Made by a program: the position numbers and the translations under genes
The notes under the pieces: model-generated
What the model saw: only the letters and a program-made list of their open reading frames with translations
Told to the model about the DNA's origin: nothing
Database searches by the model: none
Shown: piece by piece, positions 10,911 through 24,902 of the stretch
Layout: each line of letters starts with the position of its first letter
How positions within the stretch are numbered: the first letter of the stretch is position 1
DNA from: Octopus bimaculoides
Lineage: Eukaryota
Reading direction: 5' to 3'
Assembly (NCBI RefSeq): GCF_001194135.2
Contig: NC_068991.1
Span: 58,113,146 to 58,153,166 of the forward strand
DNA length: 40,021 nucleotides

Positions 10911-11953
10911 ATGTATATATATATATTTACATGCATAGTTCATATGGTCTTGTTAGTAAGTATTTCAGTTACCGTCTGCGAAAGACATTAAACATCCATA
11001 ACTGCGAATAGCTGCTTCGAAACTTCCAGCCTCTGTATCCAGATTACAAAATACATTTATATAAAAAATAATTCATGTAATTAGCTTTGTCAGCAAATGC
11101 TTAACTGATAACATTTGATTTTCAGTTAAAGAAAACAATCGACTAACTCGCACATTACGAAACCAATATATAAGCGGAAGAGTAAAAATATGCAAAACTT
11201 TTCTCAAACTTAAGATGTGACATTGGTTTCGTTATCTACATTCGAAAAATGGAGCTTTGGGTTTTTGATAGAAAATACCTCCCTCCTCGGAAGAAATATT
11301 TAAATAATTCAAAGCAAAAGGGAACATCCATAGATACCCATGCATATATGTATAAAGGATAGCTAGCAATTCGTTAACGTTAACGAACATGACCACGGCT
11401 GGCGCTTCCTTCATCCTTCATTTTATGATGTAGAGTTTCATTTTCATACGTTCCTCCCTTGACAAAATTACCATTACGGAAAGAGCAAGTCTCCTCCTGT
11501 TAGAAACTGATGGAACATCAGTGGAGAAATCTAGCATTCATGTGGACTCCATAAGCGTGAAGCACATTTCAAATTATACAGATCCATAATTGTTGCATAT
11601 ATATAACATGACCGTTGTTATATGTAGATTGTACAAATTTATCATGAATGTGTTTCTTTAAAATTTTTGCTAAACTAATGATATGGTTTTTAACATTGAT
11701 AAAAAGGTTAGAGGACCTAACTGATCATGGGTAAGTAAGCTAAGCAGTCTTGCTTCTCTCCTGAGACTCAGTCTAAAAATCAACATATAAGACTATATAC
11801 CTCAATTGTGAGAAATTGTGTTTTGTTTCATTTTTTTTGTCTGCTATGCACGACAGAAACGAAAGACCGCGACTTTATCCTCACAAATATCCCTTAATAT
11901 TAGAGCAATCACTATAACCCTAGGCGGAAGGATTCCTATGAGGTGCAGATATT

Positions 11954-12410
11954 GCTGTGTGGTTAAAAGGTCACTTTACAGCCACATGGTTTCAGGTTCA
12001 CTCTTACTGCGCCGCACATTTGACACATATCTTCTATAGCTCTTGTAGACAGAAACTGTGTGGAAGCTTGTAATATATAAATATATATGTGAATGCATGT
12101 GTATGTATCTATGTATCTATGTATGTGTGCATACATGCATGCATGCATGTATGTATATATGCAACCATGCAAGCACGCATGCATGTATATATATATATGT
12201 ATGTATATATGTATGTATGTATGTATGTATATGTATATATATATATGTGTGTGTATATATATCTGTATGTATGTATAGGTGTGCGTGCGTGCGTATTTGT
12301 GTTCCTTTCCACCTATCGAGCGGTGTCGCTTTGTTAAAGTCTCGGGAGCATAACGGTTCGACAAAATCTATCGTTGCATTAAGTAACAGAGTTAAAATTG
12401 AAAATGTTGC
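11954..12410 (+). mobile_element. SINE family D with internal microsatellite
   Basis: tRNA-like head at 11954-12070 (CCACATGGTTTCAGGTTCACTC), TA/TATG tract at 12071-12290, then a diverged body (AACGGTTCGACAAAA). Confidence 0.7.
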
Positions 12411-12864
12411 ATCTTATAAAGGCAGAAGAAAACAGAGATTATATCGTTTCCTCTTAATCCGAGAGATTAGTGTAACAGTGAAGACCTGTAAAGTATTTCA
12501 AAAATTCTCCATTTGTGCTTCCTGATATGATAATAAGCGCATAATTATAAGTAAAACTTATACGCATATACCAAAGAAGTAACATGCGCTCGCCCTATAA
12601 TGGTACATATACACACAGTCTATGACTAAACGCTTAAACAAATACAGCAATAAATATATACACGCAGTGTCTAGCATATTGAAAGCTCGCCTGGATTTGT
12701 TCATAGGTGAGATAATGAATGTATATATATTATTGAATGTGGCTTCTCTCCTGCGAAGAACATACAGAAGACGTATATAGAATTGTACATAGATACATAT
12801 ACACATGCATATCACACACACACACACATATAAACATGTCAATTTAGATATATGTAAAGCCGAA

Positions 12865-13076
12865 GAGATGGCAGAAGCGTTAGCACACTGGGTGAAATAC
12901 TCAGCGGCATTTCGTCCGTCTTTATGTGCTGAGTTCAAATTCCGCCGAGGTCGACTTTGCGTTTCATCCTTTCGGAGTCGATAAATTAAGTTCCGGTTGC
13001 GTACTGCAGTCGATGTAATCGACTGGACCCCTCCCCACAAAATGTCGCGCCTTGTGCCTTAAGTAGAAATGATTAT
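12865..13076 (+). mobile_element. SINE family A, full copy
   Basis: TGGCAGAAGCGTTAGCAC head, B box GAGTTCAAATTCC at 12931-12943, body TTTCATCCTTTCGGAGTCGATAAATTAAG, tail GTAGAAATGATTATT. Confidence 0.9.
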
Positions 13077-13090
13077 TTTAAAAAGGTCGC

Positions 13091-13220
13091 GAGCTGGCAG
13101 AAACGTCAGCATGCCGGCCGAAATGCGCAGCGGTATTTTGCCTGTCTTTACGTTATTAGTTCAAATTCCGCCGAGGTCGACTTTCTGTTTTGGGCCTTGT
13201 GCCTAGAGTAGAAGAGAATA
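13091..13220 (+). mobile_element. SINE family A, internally deleted copy in tandem
   Basis: Same head and B box, joined directly to the GGCCTTGTGCCTAGAGTAGAA tail. Confidence 0.85.
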
Positions 13221-13323
13221 TACGTATAAGTACATACGCGAAGTTAAACACACAAAGAAACAAACAGGTATATAGATGAATAGAAAAGTAAGCAGCTAGC
13301 TACGTAACAAGATATATGTTGAT

Positions 13324-13549
13324 TTATTCTTTTATCTGTTTCAAGAATTTGGTTGCGGCCATGCTGGAGCACCACCTTTAGTCAAACAAATCGAACCCAG
13401 GACTTATTTTTTGTAAGCCTAGTACTTATTCTAAAGGTTTCTTTTTGTCAAACCGCAAAGTTACGAGGATGCAAACACACCAGCATCGGTTGTGAAACGG
13501 TGGTGGGGAAACAAACACAAACACACAAACATATACTAATATATAAATT

Positions 13550-13587
<38 letters not shown>

Positions 13588-13812
13588 NNNNNNNNNNNNN
13601 NNNNNNNNNNNNNNNNNNNNNNNNNNNNNNNNNNNNNNNNNNNNNNNNNNNNNNNNNNNNNNNNNNNNNNNNNNNNNNNNNNNNNNNNNNNNCATTCACA
13701 AGGTATTGGTCAGCCCGAGGATATAGCAGAAGACACTTGCGCAAGGTACCATGCAGTGGAACTTAACCTGGGACCACGTGGTCGCGAAGCGGTCTTCTTA
13801 TCACACAACTAC
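13324..13812 (-). mobile_element. SINE family D, full copy with internal (CA/TA)n and an assembly gap
   Basis: Head at 13693-13812 and body at 13324-13520 lie on the same strand in the expected order. The microsatellite and N-gap 13588-13692 sit between them. Confidence 0.85.
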
Positions 13813-13917
13813 GTTTGCGCCTATATATATATACATATATATATATATATTTATATATATATACACTCACACACATGCACACATATTTATATATGCATAT
13901 ATATGCATATACATACC

Positions 13918-13995
13918 GACAGACAGTCAGACAAACAGTCAGACAAACAGTCAGACAGACAAACAGTCAGACAGACAGACAGTCAGACAGACATA
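13918..13995. repeat. (CAGA)/(ACAGTCAGACAA)-type tandem repeat
   Basis: Read directly from the sequence. Confidence 0.9.
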
Positions 13996-14552
13996 CATGC
14001 ATACATACATACAATACATATATACATACGGATGCATGCATGCATATGTAATCAAATGGAAAATTCATTTATGCTAAAACATGCAAAAAAGCAAGAAAAA
14101 TTCAACTCACCTACAGTATCAACATAAATAACAATAACATTACCACTAGCACCTCCAACAACAACAACAACAATAACAACAACAACAGCGACAAAAACAA
14201 CAAGAGCAACATCAACAACAACAAAATAAATAATAACATAGCAACGACTATATTAACAAGAAAATCAATTTTAACAGTAAAAGGAACGACAAAAACAGTG
14301 GGGAAAATATTGTATCTAACTGGAGAAATAAATTATTACCCCCTCTGGATACGTAGCATTAAATTAGCAAGATTACTTATATGATAAGTATTTCATTAAC
14401 TGGTTGAAGTCAAATCGTGAATTTGTTAATCTGTGGAATGAGGTGAGATTAATATTGAATGACATATACGTGTTTCCTATGTTGAAGTTATTTACGTTCT
14501 AACTGCTGTTTGTGATGTCGGTGTAGAGGTTGAGATGTACAGCTTTGTATAC

Positions 14553-15275
<723 letters not shown>

Positions 15276-15563
15276 CATAATAAAGAAGATATTGCGTTGG
15301 TATAAACAAATTACACCCAAACACATGGCGGAATATATTATAGTAAAACATAACCACATTACACACATTATATATACAAAAAAAAATGTAAGCATTAATT
15401 TGTGATGCCTTTTATCTTAGGCTCCTTGAATCAGGTTTAAACTGAGGTGAAGCAATAAGGACAACAAGATCAACAACAACAACAAACGAAGAAGTGAGTT
15501 CTTATGCTGTCTCTGATCCTGCTAGACATAGCGAACAATTATCCCTCAAATGACGCTAGCAAG

Positions 15564-16013
15564 GTAATATTAGTGTCAAATTTTGAAATGAGGCCAAAAA
15601 TTTGGGGACAGGATTAATTGATTACATTGATCTCTGTGCCCAGCTGGCACGTATTTCATCGACCCCGAAAGGATGAAAGACAAAGTTGACCTTGGTGGAA
15701 TTTGAACTCAGAACGTGAAGACGGACGAAATGCCGCCAAATATTTTACAAGGCTTGGTAATGATTCTATCAGGTCGCCACCTTACAAAGTAATATTGGTT
15801 TCAAATTTTGGCATAAGAACACTGATTTCAGAACGAAATTCATTGATTACATTGATCTCTGTGCTCAACTGACACGTATTTTATCGAGCCCGAAAGGATG
15901 AAAGACAAAGCCGACCTCGGTGGAATTTGAACTCAGAACATGCATACGGATGAAATGCCGCTAAAGCATTTAATCGGGCCTGAAAACGATTCTGTCATCT
16001 TACCGCCCTACAA
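15564..16013 (-). mobile_element. Two head-to-tail SINE family A copies (period about 225 bp)
   Basis: Copies at 15564-15787 and 15789-16013 both carry GAATTTGAACTCAGAAC and share TTGATTACATTGATCTCTGTGC. Confidence 0.9.
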
Positions 16014-17005
16014 TGATTAGCAGATGAGCGACTATCTTTGATAGACACAATACAGGTCATGCTTTCACGATTTTCTGATAAAGCTTTCAGAAATAACCCA
16101 ATGAGTTTACCATTAATCCCATGAAGCATTCATAGATCACGCTATTTAATATTATTTCGGTTACCTCAATTTCTACGTCTTTCTTGAGATATATTACCGT
16201 AGACTGGTAGAGTTACATCGTCTCACATTCGATAACTTTATCTCTCTATCTGAATACATCAACACAGCACAGATTATCGACATTTTTTTGTCATTCACTC
16301 ATGTTTTATGACACGTATTGCCACCGTCTCTTTTCTTTCTTCATCTTTTGAATAAACTCTGTATACTCTCTTTAACCTTTTAACTCTGCTATATTTACAT
16401 ATCTATCCTCTCGCCTTCACCTAAGACGGAGTAACCAGAAGCCATGTACCTGATTGCAACAACTAGATATCCATATATTCTGTACTTAAATGCTATTCAC
16501 TCTTTCATTTTCTATTTTAGACGACTCTCGTTAGAAAGTGTTAAATTTTAACACCTATCAAAATACTTTACTAACAGATTTCTGTGTGGCATTCTTTATC
16601 CATTTTCATTGCTGACTATAGCCATCTTGGTTATTTTACCTACAGTCAGATTGAAATCTCATAGCATTTTTTATTTCATTTTATACGATTAAAAATCATG
16701 TCCCTGCATCCTGCCCTTTATTTTCCTTTAAAGAAATCAAATTTCTTATATTCTGCATCACTGTAGTACTATATTCGATATTTTAGAGTAATGCTCCGAT
16801 TGTATAAGATCGATAAGTCCATGGATTCACAATAACCATGACACTTGTGAATAGAGACGAATGCAGACATCTATTCTTTTCTGTTTTCTTATATAATATC
16901 GCAAGAATGGTGCATTTTTGAGAATAGTACGATTTTACTTAAAACTGGAAGAGCGTGAATGTGCATGTATATAAACACATGCATCTGCACATACACATAC
17001 ATATG

Positions 17006-17080
<75 letters not shown>

Positions 17081-17281
17081 TGTATGTATGTACTATGCAT
17101 GTATGCATGTATGTATGTATGTAAGTATGTATGTGTGCATGTATGTATGTATAAGAATGAGTGGACAAACTAAAGAAAATAACACAAGCAGGACTAATAT
17201 TATTATTTAAAATGGTTTTATTCGGACCCCACAAGATTCTTATAGAAACCTAACTCATTCATGCTCAACCGTCTGAGGAAG

Positions 17282-17461
17282 TTTTCGTCAAACAAATCGG
17301 CCTCCAGTACTTTTTTTAAGGCCTGATATTTATTTTACTGGTCTCTTGTACTGAACCATTAGATCACGCGGATGTAAATACACCATCACCGGTTGTCAAG
17401 AGGTAGTGAGGAACAAACACAGACACAAAGGGACACACTTACATACACACACATACACACT

Positions 17462-17502
<41 letters not shown>

Positions 17503-17662
17503 GACGGACTTCTTTTAGTTTCCGTCTACAAAATCCACTCACAGCAATTTGTTGGAACTAGGCTATAGTAGAAGACACTTGTCCAAGGCTGCCACGCAGT
17601 GGTACTGAGACCGAAACCATGTGGCTGGGGAGCAAATTTATTTATTATCACACAGCCACGCC
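17282..17662 (-). mobile_element. SINE family D with internal (CA)/(TA)n
   Basis: Body at 17282-17430, microsatellite at 17440-17498, head at 17499-17662 (GGCTATAGTAGAAGACACTTGTCCAAGG). Confidence 0.85.
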
Positions 17663-17997
17663 TATAAATCAGAATTTTATCAAAATGACCTAAATCCAAA
17701 CGACACTTTAAGAGGGGGCAAATATTTAGATACACGTCAAGGCAGACATGTTTAAGACGAAAAGAATCTCGTTAAAAAGGATCAGCGAAGAAAATTAAAC
17801 GAAGAAGAAAGAAACCTCAAATTAAATACGTTTTCCATAATAAGTATTGAATAGAAGATAAGCTTATTTGTGTTTCTTTGCCATTCTCTCTATCTTTTCC
17901 CTTTCAAAGCAATCATATTTGCTGTTATTGATTGCTTTATATGGGACTAGGAAGAGAAACGAAAATCAACTATTGGAAATAAGTAGAAAATCTTTAG

Positions 17998-18138
17998 TGA
18001 AATCGACAGACCAGAACGGGCTGTGTATGAGAGGATTACGGAGATGATTCAGACGATTTGGAGTTGGTCCATAAATGTCATTAAGAAATATCTTCGTAGA
18101 AGACAAAGACGGATGGTTTTGATGGGTTTCGCTAAAGT
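17998..18138 (+). CDS. Candidate internal exon, product not recognised
   Basis: CTTTAG|T...AAAGT|GTGAGT, 141 nt, phase 2-2, stop-free: EIDRPERAVYERITEMIQTIWSWSINVIKKYLRRRQRRMVLMGFAK. No homology recognised. Confidence 0.25.
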
Positions 18139-18371
18139 GTGAGTGTGAATAGAATCGAATCAACAGAAGTAGTATTATTAAGCTGTGTGTTCTGTTCTTT
18201 GTTATTGCGCCTATATTAAATTGGTTATTTATACACAATTTCTACGTATATTGGTCTGGTGATCTTCGAAATTCATTAAAGTAACAAAGTGCTGGTTATA
18301 ATTGACCCATGTTTAGTATTCAAAAACATTTCTTTCGAGAAATTATCTCTCATATTTCATTAATTCTACAG

Positions 18372-18559
18372 GACATAAAACATCTTCGATATTCATATTT
18401 AAGTACAACATTGACCAGCTTTCTGTTATTAAGTTCAATCATTACACTAGCGTTATGACGATGCATCGTTCGTTTTGTATCAACGTCGAAATGTCTGCGG
18501 CTATCATTAAAAGTAGGTACGAAGATAGATTCAATTTGTCATTGTTTGACCTGCTAAAA
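18372..18559 (+). CDS. Candidate internal exon, product not recognised
   Basis: TTCATTAATTCTACAG|GA...AAA|GTAAGA, 188 nt, with 62 stop-free codons (HKTSSIFIFKYNIDQ...FNLSLFDLLK). No homology recognised. Confidence 0.25.
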
Positions 18560-19015
18560 GTAAGAATCACGATTCACAGAAATCAGACGTTGCGTTCTTG
18601 AATAAAACCATATGTATTGAGAGTGTCTTTGTTGATACACAAATGTCCTGCAAAACTGGGGATAAACTTGCTTAGACAAAAACATTCATGTGTTAATGAC
18701 GATATATACATCAAAAGAAAATTCTAATGTGTGACCAGTCACACATGCTCACACACTTATGCTTCTGCGCATGTACGCACACACAGAGAAACAGTTCGAT
18801 TGGTAGGGGGATAGATGGATAGATTGAGATAGATATATATAGAGAGAAAGAAAGATAGGGACAGAGAGAGAGAGAAAGAGAGTGATGCATATATACGTAA
18901 ACAGATAGAGTGATAGATATATATAGGTGTGGTGAGTGTGTATATATATATATATATATATGCGTACATATTTTAATATGTATATAAATATACGTACATA
19001 TATTAATATATAATA

Positions 19016-19051
<36 letters not shown>

Positions 19052-20116
19052 NNNNNNNNNNNNNNNNNNNNNNNNNNNNNNNNNNNNNNNNNNNNNNNNN
19101 NNNNNNNNNNNNNNNNNNNNNNNNNNNNNNNNNNNNNNNNNNNNNNNNNNNNNNNNNNNNNNNNNNNNNNNNNNNNNNNNNNNNNNNNNNNNNNNNNNNN
19201 NNNNNNNNNNNNNNNNNNNNNNNNNNNNNNNNNNNNNNNNNNNNNNNNNNNNNNNNNNNNNNNNNNNNNNNNNNNNNNNNNNNNNNNNNNNNNNNNNNNN
19301 NNNNNNNNNNNNNNNNNNNNNNNNNNNNNNNNNNNNNNNNNNNNNNNNNNNNNNNNNNNNNNATATATATATCGCTTGTCTAGTCGTCTATGTTTAGAAG
19401 TGTCTTCCATAGACGCCATTTTTCAGATGTCGTTTGTACGTACTGAGATGTACTTCACTAATGCCGATATTTTACTTTTATGTATCATTTATATTTATTC
19501 TCTTATATATCTTTTACTCTATAATATTCAGTCATTCGTAAATCCACTTACTATGTAATATGCATATATATCTTTTTAGCTAATTTTCTTAAACCGCACG
19601 TTGAATCATACGTTCAATCTCTTGTTGTAACTAAAGGAATCATAGATATTTTTTCAGAGATTTATTAATCGTCCTTACTTTACAGATACATATAGATCTT
19701 ATAGTATATTATATCCTATATCTATTGCAGCGGTGGTCTGCCCTTGGGAAGAACCTCTACACGTGAAACTTGTCCCACACGCTTTGATGGTCGTATCCTT
19801 CTCTGTTCCTGTTAATTGGTTGACTGAAACATAGGCTACCATCACTAGATTTGAGCTGAATACTGGAGAGATTTACAGTTGCCTATGTATATATGTATAT
19901 ATATATATATATATATAAGTATCAATGCAAATATAACATTGTTAAAGATATTGCTTGGTATTGCAATGTAATTATTGCAATGTTAGTATTGCAATGTATG
20001 ATGCTAGCATTTTGGAGTAGTTATAGCCTTATAGGTCACTTACACTCAGCTGACGACACTACAAGCCGAATTAAAAGATTATGTCTCTTATCCTTTTTAA
20101 GTCACCGTACGATGAC

Positions 20117-20565
20117 TATATTCTCCGTGACAAAACGCAGTGAGTAGCCTGTTCCTTAGTTCGAACATGCATCAAGCATATTAGCAACATTGCAATTCCA
20201 CTTATCACTGCTTAGCGCTCCCCCTCTGTAATTTACTTACGGTGAGCTGCCGTATAGCGTTGCCAGTCGTCCTACGGTACCTGGAAAATCATACTAGAGG
20301 TAATCCCTTAATTCAGCTCGTACTGTCGTCTGCTTAATATATGTGACTGGCGAGGAGATAACTACTCATTAAATGCTAGTATCTCACAGTCTAGGTAGAT
20401 GACACTGCCAGCTGATCTAGGTGTATGCATACCATATGTCAACGAGCAAGATATATCCTCCGTAACACAACGCTGTGAGTAGCTTGTCCCCCAGTTCGAA
20501 CGTGCACCAAGCGTGTTCGGATTGATAATGACATTGCAATTTTACTTATAACTGCTTAGCGCTCC
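20117..20565. repeat. Diverged direct repeat pair (20117-20221 and 20452-20565)
   Basis: Both copies read TATAT(T/C)CTCCGT..GTGAGTAGC..AGTTCGAAC..CATTGCAATT..ACTGCTTAGCGCTCC. Confidence 0.85.
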
Positions 20566-20833
20566 TCACTCCATAATCGCAAGGAATCGACGAGAAGGGC
20601 TTAAAATATTTACATTCAATTTAGGTTTTGCTTTTAATTATATGCTTTTTCTTGTTTCGATTCTCGTCACCGCCGACTGCAACTTATGTCCCTAATACTG
20701 TCCACCCAACTATCCATCCGGTATCAGTAAAGGACAGTTGTGGTTAGGTGCATTTGAAACTCATTTAAGAGTAAACTCGTAAACCGTCAGGATTATATAT
20801 CCCTTTTAAACAGGCACGTACACACACAAACGC

Positions 20834-20916
<83 letters not shown>

Positions 20917-22119
20917 TGTGTGTATGTGTGTGTGTGCGTGCGTGTGTGTGCGTGTGCGTGTGTGCGTGTGTGCGTGTGTGTGTGTTTGTACACAAACAAA
21001 CATACACACACATGCACATATATGCATATACACAAAGTAAGTTGGGATGCGATGTCTATGAGTAGAGACAGCCAGTAAGCGAGAGGGAAATGAAAGAGTC
21101 CACATTCCCGCCCTTATAGACACATACACACACGCGCGCACACACGCGCACACATGCACAAAGACACACACAGTTACATATGCGTTATTCATTGTTTGTA
21201 CATGTTTCCATAGGGGTCATGCAAATTATATATTTTAGCAATTATGCTAACTCCATACACCTTGTCTCTCCTACTGTTTCCCCCACCAACTCACTCCTAA
21301 TTCTCTCCTATCTCTCTCTCTCTCCCTCCCTCTCTCTGTCTCTATCTTTCTATCTTTTCTGTACCTTTCTTTCACTCTAGCTATCGCTCTGTCATTACAC
21401 TGTTTGAAACCCTCTCACATCAGGTGTTTTCAGGGTTTTCCTTTTAAGCAGAAGCCCTTCTTAACACTGTAACAGGTACTGCAAATGTCACGTAGTTTTT
21501 GCGTGTGGTTAAATTACACTTCGGATCACGATAATTAACTTTGATTAATTAGATATTCGCCAAACCTTGGAAGACAAGTAAATAAAAGCCAAACAAAACA
21601 ATGTAAGAACAAAATTAGTATCAACAAAGACAGCAACATCAATTAATGATATTTTTTCTTGAAATTTTTTAACCAGAAAAAAAAAAGTAAAACAAGAAAA
21701 AAATCAAGTAAAGTGCTTTTCTAGGAAATTGTTAAGACAACATGATTTCCGGGGAAATGACTCAGATCTTAATAATATAAAAAAATAACAAACACAGCAG
21801 AGAAAAAATTATAACATAAAAAATAACAACAGCCATAAAAAGAAAGACGACAGAGAAGAAAATGAGTACATCATTTTCTTTTTTTTTTTTCCCCCTGTTT
21901 TTCGATCCTATTTGGTTGCCGCTAATATCAGGCGTATAAAGATTAGCGAAGGATATGTGATTTTCATTGAACAGTTGTCAAGCGTCTTGACATTGTTACG
22001 AAACGAAGCCAATGAACAGAGAAGATAGAATGAGAACTTCACAATGGAAATGGGATTAGAAAAGAAAGATTAAGACTTCGTTTACAAAACAGATAAGAAA
22101 TCAAAATGTGTAAATATAT

Positions 22120-22152
<33 letters not shown>

Positions 22153-22192
22153 CATATATATATACAAATAGATACTTTACTGTATATATGCC

Positions 22193-22238
<46 letters not shown>

Positions 22239-23365
22239 TATATATGTATAAACACATGTGTACATATATCTATTTATATGTATATATTAATGTATATGCA
22301 TAAATGTATGTATATACACATAAGCTAAGGATGATTGAAAATACAGACAATCGGAGAAACAAACATATATATATATATATATATATAAACAACATACACG
22401 AGTTTACACCAAAATAGGAAAACGAAAGAAAAAATCTCTTAACGAACCAAAAGAGATGTATTTCAAGTAGACATATTGGATATAGAAGTAGATTAGCCAT
22501 TAGGTTATATGTTCATTTTCTATGTTACTTATATTAAAACAGCAACATCAACAACAACAACAACATCATGAATATCGATGACAGCAATGACAATAACGTC
22601 GATGACAGCACTAACAATGCCAACATCAATTACGTCGACAACTACTGTACGAAGAACTGCATCGAAACTAACTACGAAACCACAAAGGGACAGCACGATT
22701 TACATGGACGGATATAAAATACAATGATACCACTAAATATATATATATATATATATATATGTGTATAAAGAGATGTTTACAGTAGATGACAGAATGCGTT
22801 TACATTTCATTATATGCTAAGTGTGTTTGGAGGCTTCATTTAAGCTATTTGACGGTAAGTTAAAGAAGGAAAAATGCTGGACATTATGCTGAAAACTTCT
22901 TGTAAACGTTACACAATATATACCATTAAATTATTAGTTAAAAGCTAAATCAAGTCAATACGTATGTTAGAAAACCGCTATATACAAAAGGCAAACAATT
23001 AGAACCGGTATTTGAAACAATGTTGAACTACTTAGATTTAGAAAATGAAAAGTACTTAGCAGTTCACGTGATATCATAGGCGAATAAAAACCGGAAGCTT
23101 GTGTATATTTAGTTAAAATGCGTTCATTACTTCGTAAAATCTAATTGCCAATACATCTCAGACATACAAGAAGACACTTAACTTCGCATAGACAGGCAGA
23201 GCGTAGTATACACAGACACTCATATACATGCAACAACGCGTACAGCTCATATTATATATACACACTCACACACAATCATATGTTCGCATCAGAAGTGCGA
23301 GATGCATATTAATCAATCATATACACATTTACAAACGGAAATGACGCATGTATTTTTCTATGTCT

Positions 23366-23409
<44 letters not shown>

Positions 23410-23613
23410 ATATGTAGTATAAGTGTCAGTGAACGAAACTGCTGAATGCATAGAAAAAATATATATGTATGTATATAAGTATATACACTCAAGTTTTGAG
23501 TTTTGTTTTCCAGTTTGCTAAACTGGCCTATGTATATCTTTATACATAAGACCTCAAAAACCCATTTTAGTCAAGAGTAGCCATGGCATTGCACATAAGA
23601 AGTTTAATCTTTC

Positions 23614-23700
23614 GGATTTTAAGAAATTATAGTGGATGAGTCCAGCAGTACGCCACCAAACAGTCACCATAACCTTCTTTTAAGGGAGCTCGGATTTAGG
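23614..23700 (-). pseudogene. Mariner transposase fragment
   Basis: Translates to PKSELP*KKVMVTVWWRTAGLIHYNFLKS, matching the mariner 'KKVM..VWW...G.IHY.FL' block, with an in-frame stop. Confidence 0.8.
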
Positions 23701-23929
23701 GCCGTCAATGTTGTTGTGGTAAGTGTAGCAGTCACCCATGCATATCAGTCTCACCTCTTATCGTCAAAGATGTTGTTCAAAGTAGAGACAAAAGCAAATA
23801 GAGTATGGCACAATTGATGTGGCTTCACATTTCAACAGCTGATAAAGACGTACGCAGTGATGCTAAGCATGTTCACTGACGCCCTCAGAATTACGCCAGC
23901 TCACGGCCTTAACACCAACAATAAAAATG

Positions 23930-24902
23930 ATGGTTTTAAATTTTGGCACAAAGCCAACAACTTCGGGAGAAAGGGTTTAGTCGATTACAGCGACCCTAGA
24001 GATCAGCTGGTACTTAATTTATCGACCCCGAAAAGATGAAAGGTAATGTCGACCTGAAGGAAATTTGAACTCAGAACGCAAAAGCCGATGAAATGCCGCT
24101 AGACATTTTGCCCCGCGTGCTAACGATTCTGCCAGCTCAGCCCAATAACAACAATAAAAATAACAACAACCATACACACTTCATACAACAAGAACCAGAT
24201 CAATATCAACAATAATCCCTTCTACTAAAGGCAAAAGACTTGAAATTTGGGGGGGGNNNNNNNNNNNNNNNNNNNNNNNNNNNNNNNNNNNNNNNNNNNN
24301 NNNNNNNNNNNNNNNNNNNNNNNNNNNNNNNNNNNNNNNNNNNNNNNNNNNNNNNNNNNNNNNNNNNNNNNGGAACGGATGATAGGCAAAGTTGACCTTA
24401 GCAGAATTTGAACTCAGAACGTAAAGGCATGAAATGCCACTAAACATTTTGCCCGGCGTGTTAACGATTCTTTTCTACTCTAGGCACGAGGCCCGACATT
24501 TTGGAGGAAGGGACCAGTCGATTAGATCGACCGCAGTACGCAACTCGTACTTAATTTATCGACCCCTGAAAGGATGAAAGGCAAAGTCGACCTCGGCAGA
24601 ATTTGAACTCGGAACGTAACGGCGGACGAAATACCACAAAGCATTTCGCCCGGCGTGCTAACGTTTTTTATTTCTTTATTGCCAACAAGGGGCTAAACAT
24701 AGAGTGGACAAACAAGGAGAGACAAAGGGATTAAGTCGATTACATCGACCCCAGTGCGTAACTGGTACTTAATTTATCGACCCCGAGAGGATGAAAAGCA
24801 AAGTAGACGTCGGTGGAATTTGAACTCAGAACGTAAAGACAGACGAAATACCGCTAAACATTTCGCCCGTCGTGCTAACGTTTCTGCCAGCTCACTACCT
24901 TA
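23930..24902 (-). mobile_element. Cluster of four SINE family A copies
   Basis: Copies at about 23930-24142, 24212-24470 (gap inside), 24469-24666 and 24667-24902. Each has GAATTTGAACTC(A/G)GAAC. Confidence 0.9.

Noticed and set aside
17966-18238. Minus ORF containing DIYGP, like a LINE endonuclease 'NIYGP' motif
   Set aside because: No other endonuclease motifs occur at the expected spacing.
21452-21475. 24-nt micro-exon candidate (TTTTAAGCAG|...CAG|GTACTG)
   Set aside because: It is too short to distinguish from chance without reads.
22540-22720. Asn/Asp-rich open frame
   Set aside because: It is a decayed (AAC/GAC)n trinucleotide tract.
23930-24902. Repeated ~30-bp motifs at semi-regular spacing as a CRISPR-like array
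   Set aside because: The intervening sequence is also homologous, so these are whole SINE copies in eukaryotic DNA and there are no cas genes.
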